Shown here: positions 16,230 through 24,845 of the stretch, piece after piece
Numbering within the stretch: position 1 is the stretch's first letter
Layout: every line of letters starts with the position of its first letter
Source: a virus
Length of the DNA: 64,000 nucleotides
Direction: 5' to 3' (one strand)
IMG/VR virus record: IMGVR_UViG_3300021963_000083
Coordinates: 1 to 64,000 of that record
Program-made: the position numbers and the translations under genes
The notes under the pieces: model-generated
What the model was told of the DNA's origin: nothing
Seen by the model: the letters and a program-made list of their open reading frames with translations, nothing else
The model's database searches: none

Positions 16230-16638
16230 GGCAATTCTAGCGTCTAGTGAACACTCGTCGATTTACATTGGCTGTGACTCCTTACGTATCCCTAAAAAGA
16301 ATAAGGCTCTGTACTCTACAGTAGTAGTTCTACACATGGACTCAAAGCATGGATGTAAGATTTTCCATAATCAGATAACTGTTCCAGACTATGGTCAGAT
16401 GCGTCCACGACTTCTTATGGAAGTGCAATACGCTCTTGAGGCTTTCTACGCTATCGAAGATATAGTAGGAAATCGACGTCTAGAGGTTCATCTAGATGTT
16501 AACCCGGATCCTCGCCATGCAAGTAACGTAGTTACTAGTGAAGCACTAGGGTGGGTTAGAGGACTAGGTATTCAGGCTAGAATTAAGCCAGATAGTTTCG
16601 CTGCTACTACAGCGGCCGACCATTTCGTAAGACACTAG
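16210..16638 (+). CDS. YkuK-like RNase H-fold protein (DUF458)
   Basis: IYIGCDS...RLLMEV...EVHLDVN...IKPDSFAATTAADH. Confidence 0.75.
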   Translation: MWLNARKAILASSEHSSIYIGCDSLRIPKKNKALYSTVVVLHMDSKHGCKIFHNQITVPDYGQMRPRLLMEVQYALEAFYAIEDIVGNRRLEVHLDVNPDPRHASNVVTSEALGWVRGLGIQARIKPDSFAATTAADHFVRH

Positions 16639-16714
16639 GTCCCGTAGCTCAGCTGGATAGAGCACGAGCCTTCTAAGCTTGGGGTCACAGGTTCGAATCC
16701 TGTCGGGATCACCA
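16638..16714 (+). tRNA. tRNA-Arg(TCT)
   Basis: Cloverleaf, loop CTTCTAA, ACCA. Confidence 0.95.
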
Positions 16715-16724
16715 TTTCTAATAT

Positions 16725-16799
16725 TCCCTGATGGCGCAGCGGTAGCGCAGTTGACTGTTAATCAATTGGTCGGAGGTTCGAATCCTTCTCAGGGAGCCA
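16725..16799 (+). tRNA. tRNA-Asn(GTT)
   Basis: Cloverleaf, loop CTGTTAA, GCCA. Confidence 0.95.
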
Positions 16800-16807
16800 G
16801 GACATTT

Positions 16808-16978
16808 ATGATTGAATATGCACTTTTAGGGTACGCCCTTACAATTCTTATATTTTTTGGTTGGGTAATAAAGGATGCCAAAAGGTACTCTCCTTCATTC
16901 ATCCTAGCTGTTACCTTATTTAGCTTATTTTGGCCAATAGTTTTGGTCATATATTTGCTAGATAACAAAGAAGCCTAG
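16808..16978 (+). CDS. small membrane protein
   Basis: AGGA SD, ATG 16808, two hydrophobic segments. Confidence 0.6.
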   Translation: MIEYALLGYALTILIFFGWVIKDAKRYSPSFILAVTLFSLFWPIVLVIYLLDNKEA

Positions 16979-16979
16979 T

Positions 16980-17055
16980 ACTCCTGTAGCTCAATGGTTA
17001 GAGCTGACCGCTCATAACGGTTAGGTTAGGGGTTCGAGTCCCTTCGGGAGTACCA
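16980..17055 (+). tRNA. tRNA with CAT anticodon, Ile2 type
   Basis: GACCG-CTCATAA-CGGTT arm and TAGCTCAATGGTTAGAGC D-arm, typical of lysidine-modified tRNA-Ile2. Confidence 0.85.
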
Positions 17056-17074
17056 TTATTTTCATTACTATTAT

Positions 17075-17150
<76 letters not shown>

Positions 17151-17183
17151 GTAACAATAAATAGCTAGTTATATACTAACTCT

Positions 17184-17257
17184 TGCCCCTTCCTCTAATG
17201 GTAAGAGAGCGGACTTTGAATCCGTCAATTTAGGTTCGAGTCCTAGAGGGGCATCCA
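17184..17257 (+). tRNA. tRNA-Gln(TTG)
   Basis: TGCCCCT/AGGGGCA stem, loop CTTTGAA, TCCA. Confidence 0.93.
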
Positions 17258-17278
17258 AAAAGAAAGGAGAACTAATAT

Positions 17279-17494
17279 ATGTGGCGTCTATGGTGTAAAG
17301 CACTTGGTCAAAAGGCTACAGAATGTAATAAAGAGTCAGATAGAGTAGCTATTATACGCACTATAATTCTAGTCGCATATATGATTGCTAACGCCTTCAT
17401 CGTGGCGGGTGTCATTAGACACTGGAACGATGGTAATAATACAGCCGAACTTCAGATTGAAGTAGAAGTTCAAGAAAAACAATTCATGCCGTAA
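17279..17494 (+). CDS. small membrane protein (MWRLWCKALG family)
   Basis: AAGGAG SD; one TM segment. Confidence 0.75.
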   Translation: MWRLWCKALGQKATECNKESDRVAIIRTIILVAYMIANAFIVAGVIRHWNDGNNTAELQIEVEVQEKQFMP

Positions 17495-17529
17495 GGGTGA
17501 ATAAATAATCTCGCTTAAGGAGGAGATAT
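17483..17529 (+). promoter_or_regulatory. ROSE-like RNA thermometer upstream of hsp20
   Basis: ATCTC-G-CT-TAAGG-AG-GAGAT hairpin with a UCGCU motif pairing the SD. Confidence 0.65.
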
Positions 17530-17967
17530 ATGATGAATAATGATTTTGCACGTTTCTTTGTTGGGTACGACAAAGTACTAGATAAACTAACTAATATTGC
17601 GGATCAATCCGCCAGACTAATACAGAATTATCCACCGTTTAATCTTAAAAAAGTCGATGAGAATAAGTACGCTATCGAGATAGCTCTAGCTGGCTTTAGT
17701 AAAGAAGATGTTCAGATTGAAATAGATGGCTCAAAGTTAGTTATTACAGGGAACGTAGAATCTAAAGATGCGGAAGATACTTTTGTGTTTAAGGGAATCT
17801 CTAATAAGCCGTTTACCCGAGAGTTTACACTAGCAGACAATGTTGAAGTTCAGGGAGCTGAATTTATTAATGGTATGCTAATAATTGCACTCACCACTAT
17901 AACGCCACAATCTAATAAGAAAAAGATTAATATTAAAGAAGCAGCCAAAGCTAAAACCGTGTCTTAA
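17530..17967 (+). CDS. small heat shock protein Hsp20 (IbpA-like)
   Basis: NYPPFNL...IEIALAGF...KGIS...FTREFTLADNVEV.GAEFINGML. Confidence 0.95.
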   Translation: MMNNDFARFFVGYDKVLDKLTNIADQSARLIQNYPPFNLKKVDENKYAIEIALAGFSKEDVQIEIDGSKLVITGNVESKDAEDTFVFKGISNKPFTREFTLADNVEVQGAEFINGMLIIALTTITPQSNKKKINIKEAAKAKTVS

Positions 17968-17992
17968 AACTAGCCTTATGTCAATTTTATTG

Positions 17993-18021
17993 TTGACATG
18001 TGTGCTGATTTTTGCTAGATT
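17993..18021 (+). promoter_or_regulatory. promoter
   Basis: TTGACA-17-TAGATT (context GCTAGATT). Confidence 0.75.
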
Positions 18022-18046
18022 GTTAATCTAATTTGAAAGGAAGGTT

Positions 18047-18271
18047 ATGACTGAACCAAAACTAATGGAAATCTGGTGTGAAGGCGATCCCCGTCGCGAT
18101 TACACCGCCTGCCATCTTGGGTATGGAAAGGGAACCACACTAGCGGAAGCTTGTGAAGATTGGTCCTCACGAAATAACTACTTTAAAGAGCACTATAATC
18201 CACACAATATGACGTATTGTGGGTGCAAAGTATTCGATAATGAATCGGATGCGAGGGAATTGTATAACTAA
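18047..18271 (+). CDS. hypothetical protein
   Basis: AAGGAAGG SD; 74 aa. Confidence 0.7.
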   Translation: MTEPKLMEIWCEGDPRRDYTACHLGYGKGTTLAEACEDWSSRNNYFKEHYNPHNMTYCGCKVFDNESDARELYN

Positions 18272-18274
18272 TGC

Positions 18275-18349
18275 GTCGGTGTAGTGAAATGGCTATCATT
18301 ACGGTCTCCAAAACCGTCGTTCTGGGTTCGAATCCCAGCACCTTCGCCA
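18275..18349 (+). tRNA. tRNA-Trp(CCA) with two acceptor-stem mismatches
   Basis: ACGGT-CTCCAAA-ACCGT, intact T-arm, GCCA; acceptor GTCGGTG/CACCTTC. Confidence 0.85.
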
Positions 18350-18364
18350 GTTACTAAATCAAAG

Positions 18365-18415
18365 AAGGCATAGGTCAAAATATATCTTGACTTATGCCTT
18401 TTGTTTTTATATAAT
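18365..18415 (+). promoter_or_regulatory. terminator-like inverted repeat overlapping the D3 promoter
   Basis: AAGGCATAGGTCAA-N8-TTGACTTATGCCTT plus T-run; TTGACT(18387)-17-TATAAT(18410). Confidence 0.8.
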
Positions 18416-18469
18416 TATGAAATCGACGAACAAATAGTCGATATTATTTATTCAAAAAGGAGAATTATT

Positions 18470-18820
18470 TTGGCGTGGGATGACGACAAGAAGGCTCAAG
18501 CGATCGGCATGTACGAAGACCGCGAGCCTACACCTGAGAACTCGATGGACATTGTATCGGAAATTGCTGATGAACTTGGCGAAAGTCCGAACGGCGTCCG
18601 TATGATTCTTAGCAAAGCTGGTGTCTACATTAAGAAAGAAGCTGCAGCGGGTGCTGCAAAATCTAAGACTACTAAGACCGCCTCAACACGAGTTAGCAAG
18701 GAAGATGCTCAGGCTCAACTTATCGCAGCTATCGAAGCCGCTGGTAAGGAAGTAGACTCTGACATTATCTCAAAGCTAACTGGTAAGGCCGCAGTTTATT
18801 TTGCTGGTCTATTCGCCTAA
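18470..18820 (+). CDS. T5 D3-like DNA-binding protein (TTG start)
   Basis: AAGGAG SD; MAWDDDKKAQAI...ELGESPNGVRMILSKAGVY...KLTGKAAVYF. Confidence 0.85.
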   Translation: MAWDDDKKAQAIGMYEDREPTPENSMDIVSEIADELGESPNGVRMILSKAGVYIKKEAAAGAAKSKTTKTASTRVSKEDAQAQLIAAIEAAGKEVDSDIISKLTGKAAVYFAGLFA

Positions 18821-18892
18821 CTCATCGGTGCCAGCCCTTAAACGGGCTGGCGCTCGCGTCTGCAAGTATGCCAACCTGCTGACAAGAGAAAT

Positions 18893-19165
18893 ATGACAAA
18901 AGACGAATTAATTACCACAGTAAGAGAATTCGGGGACGCAACAATAACTTACAGAAGCCTTGAGTCGAAGAAGTTAAAATATAATGTATGCACCCTTGAC
19001 TACTCTAATGAGTACATTCAAACAAAATCAAATAGAGCGAAAGAAACAGACGATACTGTTTTACTTTTCTGTTGGGATGCAGATTCCTTCAGATTAATTC
19101 GGCCCAGTAGTGTAACTAGTGTTGTTCCACTGTCTGCCTCGCTCAAGGGAAGGGCCAATGGATGA
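18893..19165 (+). CDS. conserved T5-like hypothetical protein
   Basis: YRS..SKKLKYNVCTLD...LLFCWD.DSFRL; synteny after D3. Confidence 0.8.
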   Translation: MTKDELITTVREFGDATITYRSLESKKLKYNVCTLDYSNEYIQTKSNRAKETDDTVLLFCWDADSFRLIRPSSVTSVVPLSASLKGRANG

Positions 19166-19445
19166 TGATGAGGAAATTTATTCTCGCATAATCCATGCCA
19201 CCGACGATTTCCAAGTAAGACTTACAATCAATAGATTTAGGGGCGTAGAATATATGCACTTACGTAAGTATTACTTGGACTTCTCAGAAGAATGGATGCC
19301 CACCAAAGATGGTGTAGCTATGCCACTAGACTTGAATAACTCTAAGGAGCTATTTATCGGCTTAGTCGAAATCTTGTCTTTAGCTGAGTCTAAAGATGTG
19401 ATAGTCTCTAATTTCAGTGAACTTCTACAGGATATTTATCAATGA
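19158..19445 (+). CDS. PC4-like ssDNA-binding / transcriptional coactivator
   Basis: QVRLTINRFRGVEYMHLRKYY....EW.PTKDGV. Confidence 0.85.
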   Translation: MDDDEEIYSRIIHATDDFQVRLTINRFRGVEYMHLRKYYLDFSEEWMPTKDGVAMPLDLNNSKELFIGLVEILSLAESKDVIVSNFSELLQDIYQ

Positions 19446-20386
19446 AACTCTTTCTAGATTACGCGAGTTCTAAATACTACGCTGGTGATCCTATCATTAG
19501 CGATGAGGAATTTGATAAACTAGCGGAGTATCATGGCTATGAGAGCGTGGGTGCTCCGGTCACTGGTGATCGGATTGCTCACGCTTTTTCTATGTGGAGC
19601 CTACAGAAATGTTACGACGACGAGCCTAGGATTGAGCTTGGTGGAGCAATAGCTGCTACTCCCAAGCTAGATGGGGCTGCTGTTGCTAACTATTATGTTT
19701 ATGGTAGGCACGTACTATCACTAACTCGTGGCGATGGTAAAGAAGGACTAGATATTACTGATAAGATGCGAACTCTTGTTCCACAAGAGATTGCTTACAG
19801 TGAAGTAGAACTTCTACAGATTACCGGCGAAGTCGTTGCTCCTAAGAGCATTGATAACGCCCGTAACTATGCAGCAGGAGCCTTAAATCTAAAATCAGTG
19901 GATGAATTTAGAAATCGTGATGTAGTATTTATTGCATACGGAGTTACTCCTAATCAATATGATACTTGGACAGAGGAGATGGCTAAGCTAAGTCTTAGTT
20001 CAGAGTTCCGCACTGTATACACTACTCTACCAGATATTCTAGAGAAGTATCCACAAGATGGGATTGTATTCCGTCTAGATGAGTATGCCAAGTTTAATGA
20101 ACTTGGTTATACCGCAAAGCATCCTCGCGGTGCATTTGCTTTAAAAGAGCGCAAGGGTGGAGTTATCACTAAGCTGCTCGATGTAGAATGGCAGGTTGGC
20201 CGAAGTGGGGTGGTAAGTCCCGTTGCAATCTTAGAGCCTGTTATTATCGGTGAAGCCACGGTAGCCCGTGCTACACTACATAACATGAAATACATCCAAG
20301 AACTGGATCTAGAACTTGGATGCCTTGTGGAAGTTATACGCTCGGGAGAGATTATTCCACGAGTAGTAAGGAGAATTTATGAATAA
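19442..20386 (+). CDS. ligA: NAD-dependent DNA ligase subunit A (adenylation + OB)
   Basis: YYAGDPIISDEEFD, KLDG, TRGDG, RNYAAG, DGIV, RSGEIIP. Confidence 0.95.
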   Translation: MKLFLDYASSKYYAGDPIISDEEFDKLAEYHGYESVGAPVTGDRIAHAFSMWSLQKCYDDEPRIELGGAIAATPKLDGAAVANYYVYGRHVLSLTRGDGKEGLDITDKMRTLVPQEIAYSEVELLQITGEVVAPKSIDNARNYAAGALNLKSVDEFRNRDVVFIAYGVTPNQYDTWTEEMAKLSLSSEFRTVYTTLPDILEKYPQDGIVFRLDEYAKFNELGYTAKHPRGAFALKERKGGVITKLLDVEWQVGRSGVVSPVAILEPVIIGEATVARATLHNMKYIQELDLELGCLVEVIRSGEIIPRVVRRIYE

Positions 20387-20624
20387 ACTATTAGTATTCA
20401 GTGCTAGTTGGTGTGCGCCTTGCAAGGCCATGAAACCAATGTTAGATGAATTAGATCAAGATCGGTTAGTAAGATACGATATTGATGAGGCTACGAATGA
20501 GCGCGCGCAATACGATGTACGCGCAGTACCGACTCTAATTTTAGTAAATGAAACAGGTGAAGAACTAGAGCGCTTGATTGGGTCTCAATCACTTAGCGCG
20601 ATACAAAAGCTGTTAGATGTCTAA
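20379..20624 (+). CDS. thioredoxin
   Basis: FSASWCAPCK and VPTLIL. Confidence 0.92.
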   Translation: MNKLLVFSASWCAPCKAMKPMLDELDQDRLVRYDIDEATNERAQYDVRAVPTLILVNETGEELERLIGSQSLSAIQKLLDV

Positions 20625-20988
20625 AGGTATCTATAACGCTACTTACTTTAAGAACAATCCAGAGGAGTCAGCTCTCGAAGGAGTGCTCTATATTGTGGTT
20701 TTAGTTAATAAAATTACTAATAAAAGAGAGTGCGTTAAGATAGGGATTACCAAAGGTCGTAACTGGAAGGCAGCTATCAAAAGGTCTAGCGGCTTTATTG
20801 GTTATGATATTAGGATTCAAAAAATAGTTTCAGGAACTCTTGAGGAAGTATTTTACTTAGAGGACTACCTACACGAACTATGGGCAGACCACAGATATTA
20901 TGATAGTCATCGGTTCGGTGGACATACGGAATTATTTACTATTGACAAGTTATCTGATATACTTGCAAGCGTGCCAAATGAGCTTTAA
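20617..20988 (+). CDS. GIY-YIG/T5orf172-like protein
   Basis: GVLYIV...VKIGIT...R...E..LH...FGGHTELF. Confidence 0.6.
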   Translation: MSKGIYNATYFKNNPEESALEGVLYIVVLVNKITNKRECVKIGITKGRNWKAAIKRSSGFIGYDIRIQKIVSGTLEEVFYLEDYLHELWADHRYYDSHRFGGHTELFTIDKLSDILASVPNEL

Positions 20989-20999
20989 AAAAATACTTC

Positions 21000-21028
21000 T
21001 TGACTTTGACCCCTATTATGAGTATAAT
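21000..21028 (+). promoter_or_regulatory. promoter
   Basis: TTGACT-17-TATAAT. Confidence 0.85.
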
Positions 21029-21054
21029 GGCTTTATCAAGAGCAGAGAGATAAT

Positions 21055-21804
21055 ATGCAAATAAACATTCCAACAAATTGTCCATCATGCAACAGCTCTC
21101 TTGTTCTTATTAACGATCTTCTCTATTGTCGGAATACAGACTGTGGCTCAATGAGTCGTAAGCGTGTCGAGCATTTTGCATCAACGCTTAAAATCAAAGG
21201 TCTGGGTCCAGCAGCAGTGGAGAAGTTAGAACTATCTAGTCCTCTAGATATTTATAACCTAAGCCTTGAGGATATTTCTGAAGGCTTAAACTCGGAGAAG
21301 TTAGCAGCTAAGCTGTTTGATGAGATTGAGCAATCTAAGTCTAAACAACTTAATGATGTGCTACCTGCTCTGGGTATTCCGCTAATCGGTAAAACGGCTA
21401 CAGATAAACTTGCTAAGATTTGTGATGACATTGAGTCCATTACAGAACAAACGTGTAGTGATGCTGGCCTTGGGCCGAAGGCTACAGAAAACCTTATCAA
21501 TTGGCTAAATGATAACGACTGGTACTTATTCTTACCGCACAATCTTAGTTTCGGAAGTACCAAGGCTATTAGTCAAGTAAGTAAAGGTGTAGTCTGTATC
21601 ACAGGAAAGCTTAACAGCTTCAAGACAAAAGCGGAAGCCCAAGTCGAACTAGAACGACTAGGTTATGTAGTTAAGTCCTCTATAACGAAGGATGTAACTA
21701 TTCTAGTAAATGAGAGTGGTAAAGAAACCACAAAAACGCAAAAAGCCAGAGAGTCTGGTGTTTTTGTTATCACAGACCTAAATCTATTTATCAATGGAGA
21801 ATAA
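21055..21804 (+). CDS. NAD-dependent DNA ligase subunit B (Zn finger, HhH, BRCT)
   Basis: CPSC...C....C, IKGLGP, VCITGKL BRCT. Confidence 0.93.
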   Translation: MQINIPTNCPSCNSSLVLINDLLYCRNTDCGSMSRKRVEHFASTLKIKGLGPAAVEKLELSSPLDIYNLSLEDISEGLNSEKLAAKLFDEIEQSKSKQLNDVLPALGIPLIGKTATDKLAKICDDIESITEQTCSDAGLGPKATENLINWLNDNDWYLFLPHNLSFGSTKAISQVSKGVVCITGKLNSFKTKAEAQVELERLGYVVKSSITKDVTILVNESGKETTKTQKARESGVFVITDLNLFINGE

Positions 21805-21811
21805 TTAAATT

Positions 21812-22528
21812 ATGACTACCCCAAAATGGACCGAAGAACGCACCGCACAACTAGTTGATGGCGTTGCCGACGAGTCCCCAGTAAGCCGCGCAACTGTTGC
21901 GGAACTAGCCGATGAGCTAGAAACAAGCACTCGTTCAATTTCATCGAAGCTGCGTAAGCTAGGCTACGACGTTGAGTTGGCTTCTGCTGCTCCTCGTGCG
22001 TTCTCTGATGAAGTTACTGCCGAATTGCGTGATTTCGTTCTCGACAACAGCGGTGAATACACCTATGCTGAGATCGCAGAAAACTTCCCAGGCGACTACA
22101 CTGCCAAGGCTATCCAAGGCAAGATCCTTTCGATGGAACTTACCAGCCACGTTAAGGAAGCTCCTAAGGTTGAGCATGCCAAGTCGTATACTGCTGAAGA
22201 AGAAGCACTTGTTCTTAACTTCATCCGTAGCGGCAAGTTCGTAGAAGAAATTGCTGACGCAGTTGGCAAGTCAGTTCAGTCAGTTCGTGGTAAGGCTCTA
22301 AGCCTGCAGCGCGCTGGTGAAATCGACGCAATGCCAAAGCAGCGTGATGTTAAGGGTCCAGCTGCTGATCCACTAGAATCTATCGGTGACGTAGCTGCTA
22401 TGTCGGTTGCTCAGATCGCTGAAAAGATTGGCAAGACCGAGCGCGGTGTAAAGACCATGCTAACACGTCGTGGCCTCAAGGCTGCTGACTATGACGGTGC
22501 AGCTAAGAAAGAGAAAGCTGCTGCTTAA
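21812..22528 (+). CDS. T5 D5-like DNA-binding protein
   Basis: KWTEERT...TRSISSKLRKLG...GKTERGVKTMLTRRG...DYDGA. Confidence 0.9.
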   Translation: MTTPKWTEERTAQLVDGVADESPVSRATVAELADELETSTRSISSKLRKLGYDVELASAAPRAFSDEVTAELRDFVLDNSGEYTYAEIAENFPGDYTAKAIQGKILSMELTSHVKEAPKVEHAKSYTAEEEALVLNFIRSGKFVEEIADAVGKSVQSVRGKALSLQRAGEIDAMPKQRDVKGPAADPLESIGDVAAMSVAQIAEKIGKTERGVKTMLTRRGLKAADYDGAAKKEKAAA

Positions 22529-22546
22529 GTTTTCTCTTTAAGTGAA

Positions 22547-22587
22547 AGCCGGAGCAGCTTAAATGCTGCTTCGGCTAAACTTGTTTT
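22547..22587 (+). terminator. hairpin/terminator after D5
   Basis: AGCCGGAGCAGC-TTAAAT-GCTGCTTCGGCT. Confidence 0.6.
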
Positions 22588-22599
22588 AAGGAGATAACT

Positions 22600-23997
22600 T
22601 TGAACCTCGCTAGTGCACTTTTCAAAAGGATTCTCGAAACAGAAGACTTTGATACTTGGTCCAGCTTAAGACGGCACTATCTGCCTAGTGAGTATCACGT
22701 AATTTATGATGTTATCGACAAACAAATCGACTCATACCATAAGTTACCAACGATCGAAGAACTTAAGCTGGCAGTTAGAGACGCACCTACCTTAGACAAA
22801 GTCTATGCTATTCAAGCAGTTGAGGTAGATGCAGAACCCTTTCTTCTGTTAGACTATCTAAAGAACGAATTTACACAAAAAGAGACTCTATTCCAACTAC
22901 ATAGATATGTAGAAAACTCTATCTCGTTTGAGACGGCAGAAGAAACATTAGAGTCTCTATACGATATTATCTCTAGGATTGAAGATAAGGTAGAATTAAA
23001 AGCTATCGAAGACAATCTACAGAAGATGAACCTATTCGAGTCGGATAGTGAGATTGCCGAGTATATTCCTCTCGGACTTAACGCAGAGTTTGACAATAAA
23101 GTCCGCTTTAAAAGTTCAGACTATATTCTTATGGGCGGTAAGCGCGGCTCAGGTAAGTCAATTACCTGCTCTAATTTAGCGAATACTGTCTATAATCGTA
23201 ATAAATCTGTGCTATTCTTCACTATCGAAATGCCGACTCGTGAAGTCCTTCAGCGTCAATGCGCTATTGGATCGGGTGTTCCACACTCTAAGATTAAGTA
23301 TAGAACACTCGACAATTTAGAATGGTTTAAGGTTGCTCAATGGTGGGCTGATCGCTATGAAAATGGTGATGTTCACTTAGAAACCTATAAAAAGCATAGG
23401 GACTTTGATAAGTTTCATGCTGCCCTTCAGAAAGAAAATCTTAACTCAGTACAGATAGATATTGTGTATGACCCTGTACTAACTCTACCGAAACTAAAAG
23501 CCGAGATCATTAAAAGAACTAGGAAACTAGGTAATGTTGGCTTAATTATCGTTGACTATGTTAACCAGATTAAGAGAACAACTTCCTCAGAAGATCGCTT
23601 TGACTGGAAAGATCAGATTGTGGTTAGTACCGCTCTGAAAACTATTGCTGGTGAACTTCAAATTCCTGTGTTCTCGCCGTATCAAATTGATGCTAGTGGT
23701 GAGGCCCGTTTCGCTAAGGGTATTCTAGACTCTGCGGATGCCGCATTTATTCTAGAAGCTGGCCCCGATTCCGTACAATTTACTTGTACTAAGATGCGTG
23801 GTGATGCTAAGATTAATTTCACATCTAAAACTGACTGGAATACACTGACTATCGGCCCAGCAAATGGAATGGAGATCACTGTAGAGTCAGCGGAGGAAAC
23901 TCCAAAGAAGTCAAGTTTTAAGAAAAAGAAAGCACCAAGAGAGGATGAAGATACTAAACCTATTATGGATGGTATTTATGACGATCCTCCCTTTTAA
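22600..23997 (+). CDS. DnaB-like replicative helicase (T5 D6)
   Basis: GGKRGSGKS, FTIEM, VDYVNQ, ARFAKGILDSAD; TTG start with AAGGAG. Confidence 0.93.
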   Translation: MNLASALFKRILETEDFDTWSSLRRHYLPSEYHVIYDVIDKQIDSYHKLPTIEELKLAVRDAPTLDKVYAIQAVEVDAEPFLLLDYLKNEFTQKETLFQLHRYVENSISFETAEETLESLYDIISRIEDKVELKAIEDNLQKMNLFESDSEIAEYIPLGLNAEFDNKVRFKSSDYILMGGKRGSGKSITCSNLANTVYNRNKSVLFFTIEMPTREVLQRQCAIGSGVPHSKIKYRTLDNLEWFKVAQWWADRYENGDVHLETYKKHRDFDKFHAALQKENLNSVQIDIVYDPVLTLPKLKAEIIKRTRKLGNVGLIIVDYVNQIKRTTSSEDRFDWKDQIVVSTALKTIAGELQIPVFSPYQIDASGEARFAKGILDSADAAFILEAGPDSVQFTCTKMRGDAKINFTSKTDWNTLTIGPANGMEITVESAEETPKKSSFKKKKAPREDEDTKPIMDGIYDDPPF

Positions 23998-24011
23998 CAT
24001 GAGGCAGGCAA

Positions 24012-24845
24012 ATGATTGTTGATGAACTTTTAACAGCGCAAGGAATAGAGTTCAGACCCAGTGGTAAAGATTATCTTATTAGGTGTCTTAGTCCAGATCA
24101 TGAAGATAGAAACCCTAGTCTTAGAATTGATAAGACTACTGGTATCTTCAATTGCCTGTCTTGTGGTTACTCTGGTAATTTATTCAATCACTTCGGTGAA
24201 AAGCCAGACTGGCTACAGATTAGACGAGAGAGGCTAAAAGGCATGATCTCTGACAAACTTGTGGAAACATCGGGACTTAGTATCCCAGAAAATGCCGTGT
24301 CATTCAATCAGGAATGGCGCGGTATATCTGCCTCTACTTTCAACAGGTTTGAGGCATTTCAACATAGTAACTCTGAATATATTGGTCGAGTAGTATTTCC
24401 CATACGAGGAATTACTAATAAGATCGTCGCATTTTGCGGTAGACACCAAGGTCAGGTAGACCCTAAGTATCTATTCCACCCTGCTGGCGCTAAATTACCA
24501 TTATTTCCTATTGTTAAACCAATACAAGGACGAATAATCCTAGTAGAAGGTATCATGGATATGATTAATCTTCACGACAAAGGACTGACTAATGCTGTTT
24601 GTGCATTTGGAGTCAACAAGGTTACAGTAGATAAAATAAATATCTTGAAAATTCAAGGAATTTCTGGTATAGATATATTCTTCGATAATGATGATGCTGG
24701 GCAGAATGGATCAACAGCATTAAAAGACTTACTAGAGCGTAATGAGCTGACTTCTCGTAATATTACATTCGGTAAAGTTAAAGACCCAGGTGAATTGACA
24801 GCCTTACAAGTGATCAAATTAAAGGAGACCTTATACAATGGCTAG
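24012..24845 (+). CDS. DNA primase (Zn finger + TOPRIM)
   Basis: CLSPDHEDRNPS...CLSC, VEGIMD, FDNDDAG. Confidence 0.95.
   Translation: MIVDELLTAQGIEFRPSGKDYLIRCLSPDHEDRNPSLRIDKTTGIFNCLSCGYSGNLFNHFGEKPDWLQIRRERLKGMISDKLVETSGLSIPENAVSFNQEWRGISASTFNRFEAFQHSNSEYIGRVVFPIRGITNKIVAFCGRHQGQVDPKYLFHPAGAKLPLFPIVKPIQGRIILVEGIMDMINLHDKGLTNAVCAFGVNKVTVDKINILKIQGISGIDIFFDNDDAGQNGSTALKDLLERNELTSRNITFGKVKDPGELTALQVIKLKETLYNG

Noticed and set aside
16679-16807. N-terminal part of ORF 16679..16978
   Set aside because: It overlaps tRNA-Arg and tRNA-Asn; the real start is 16808.
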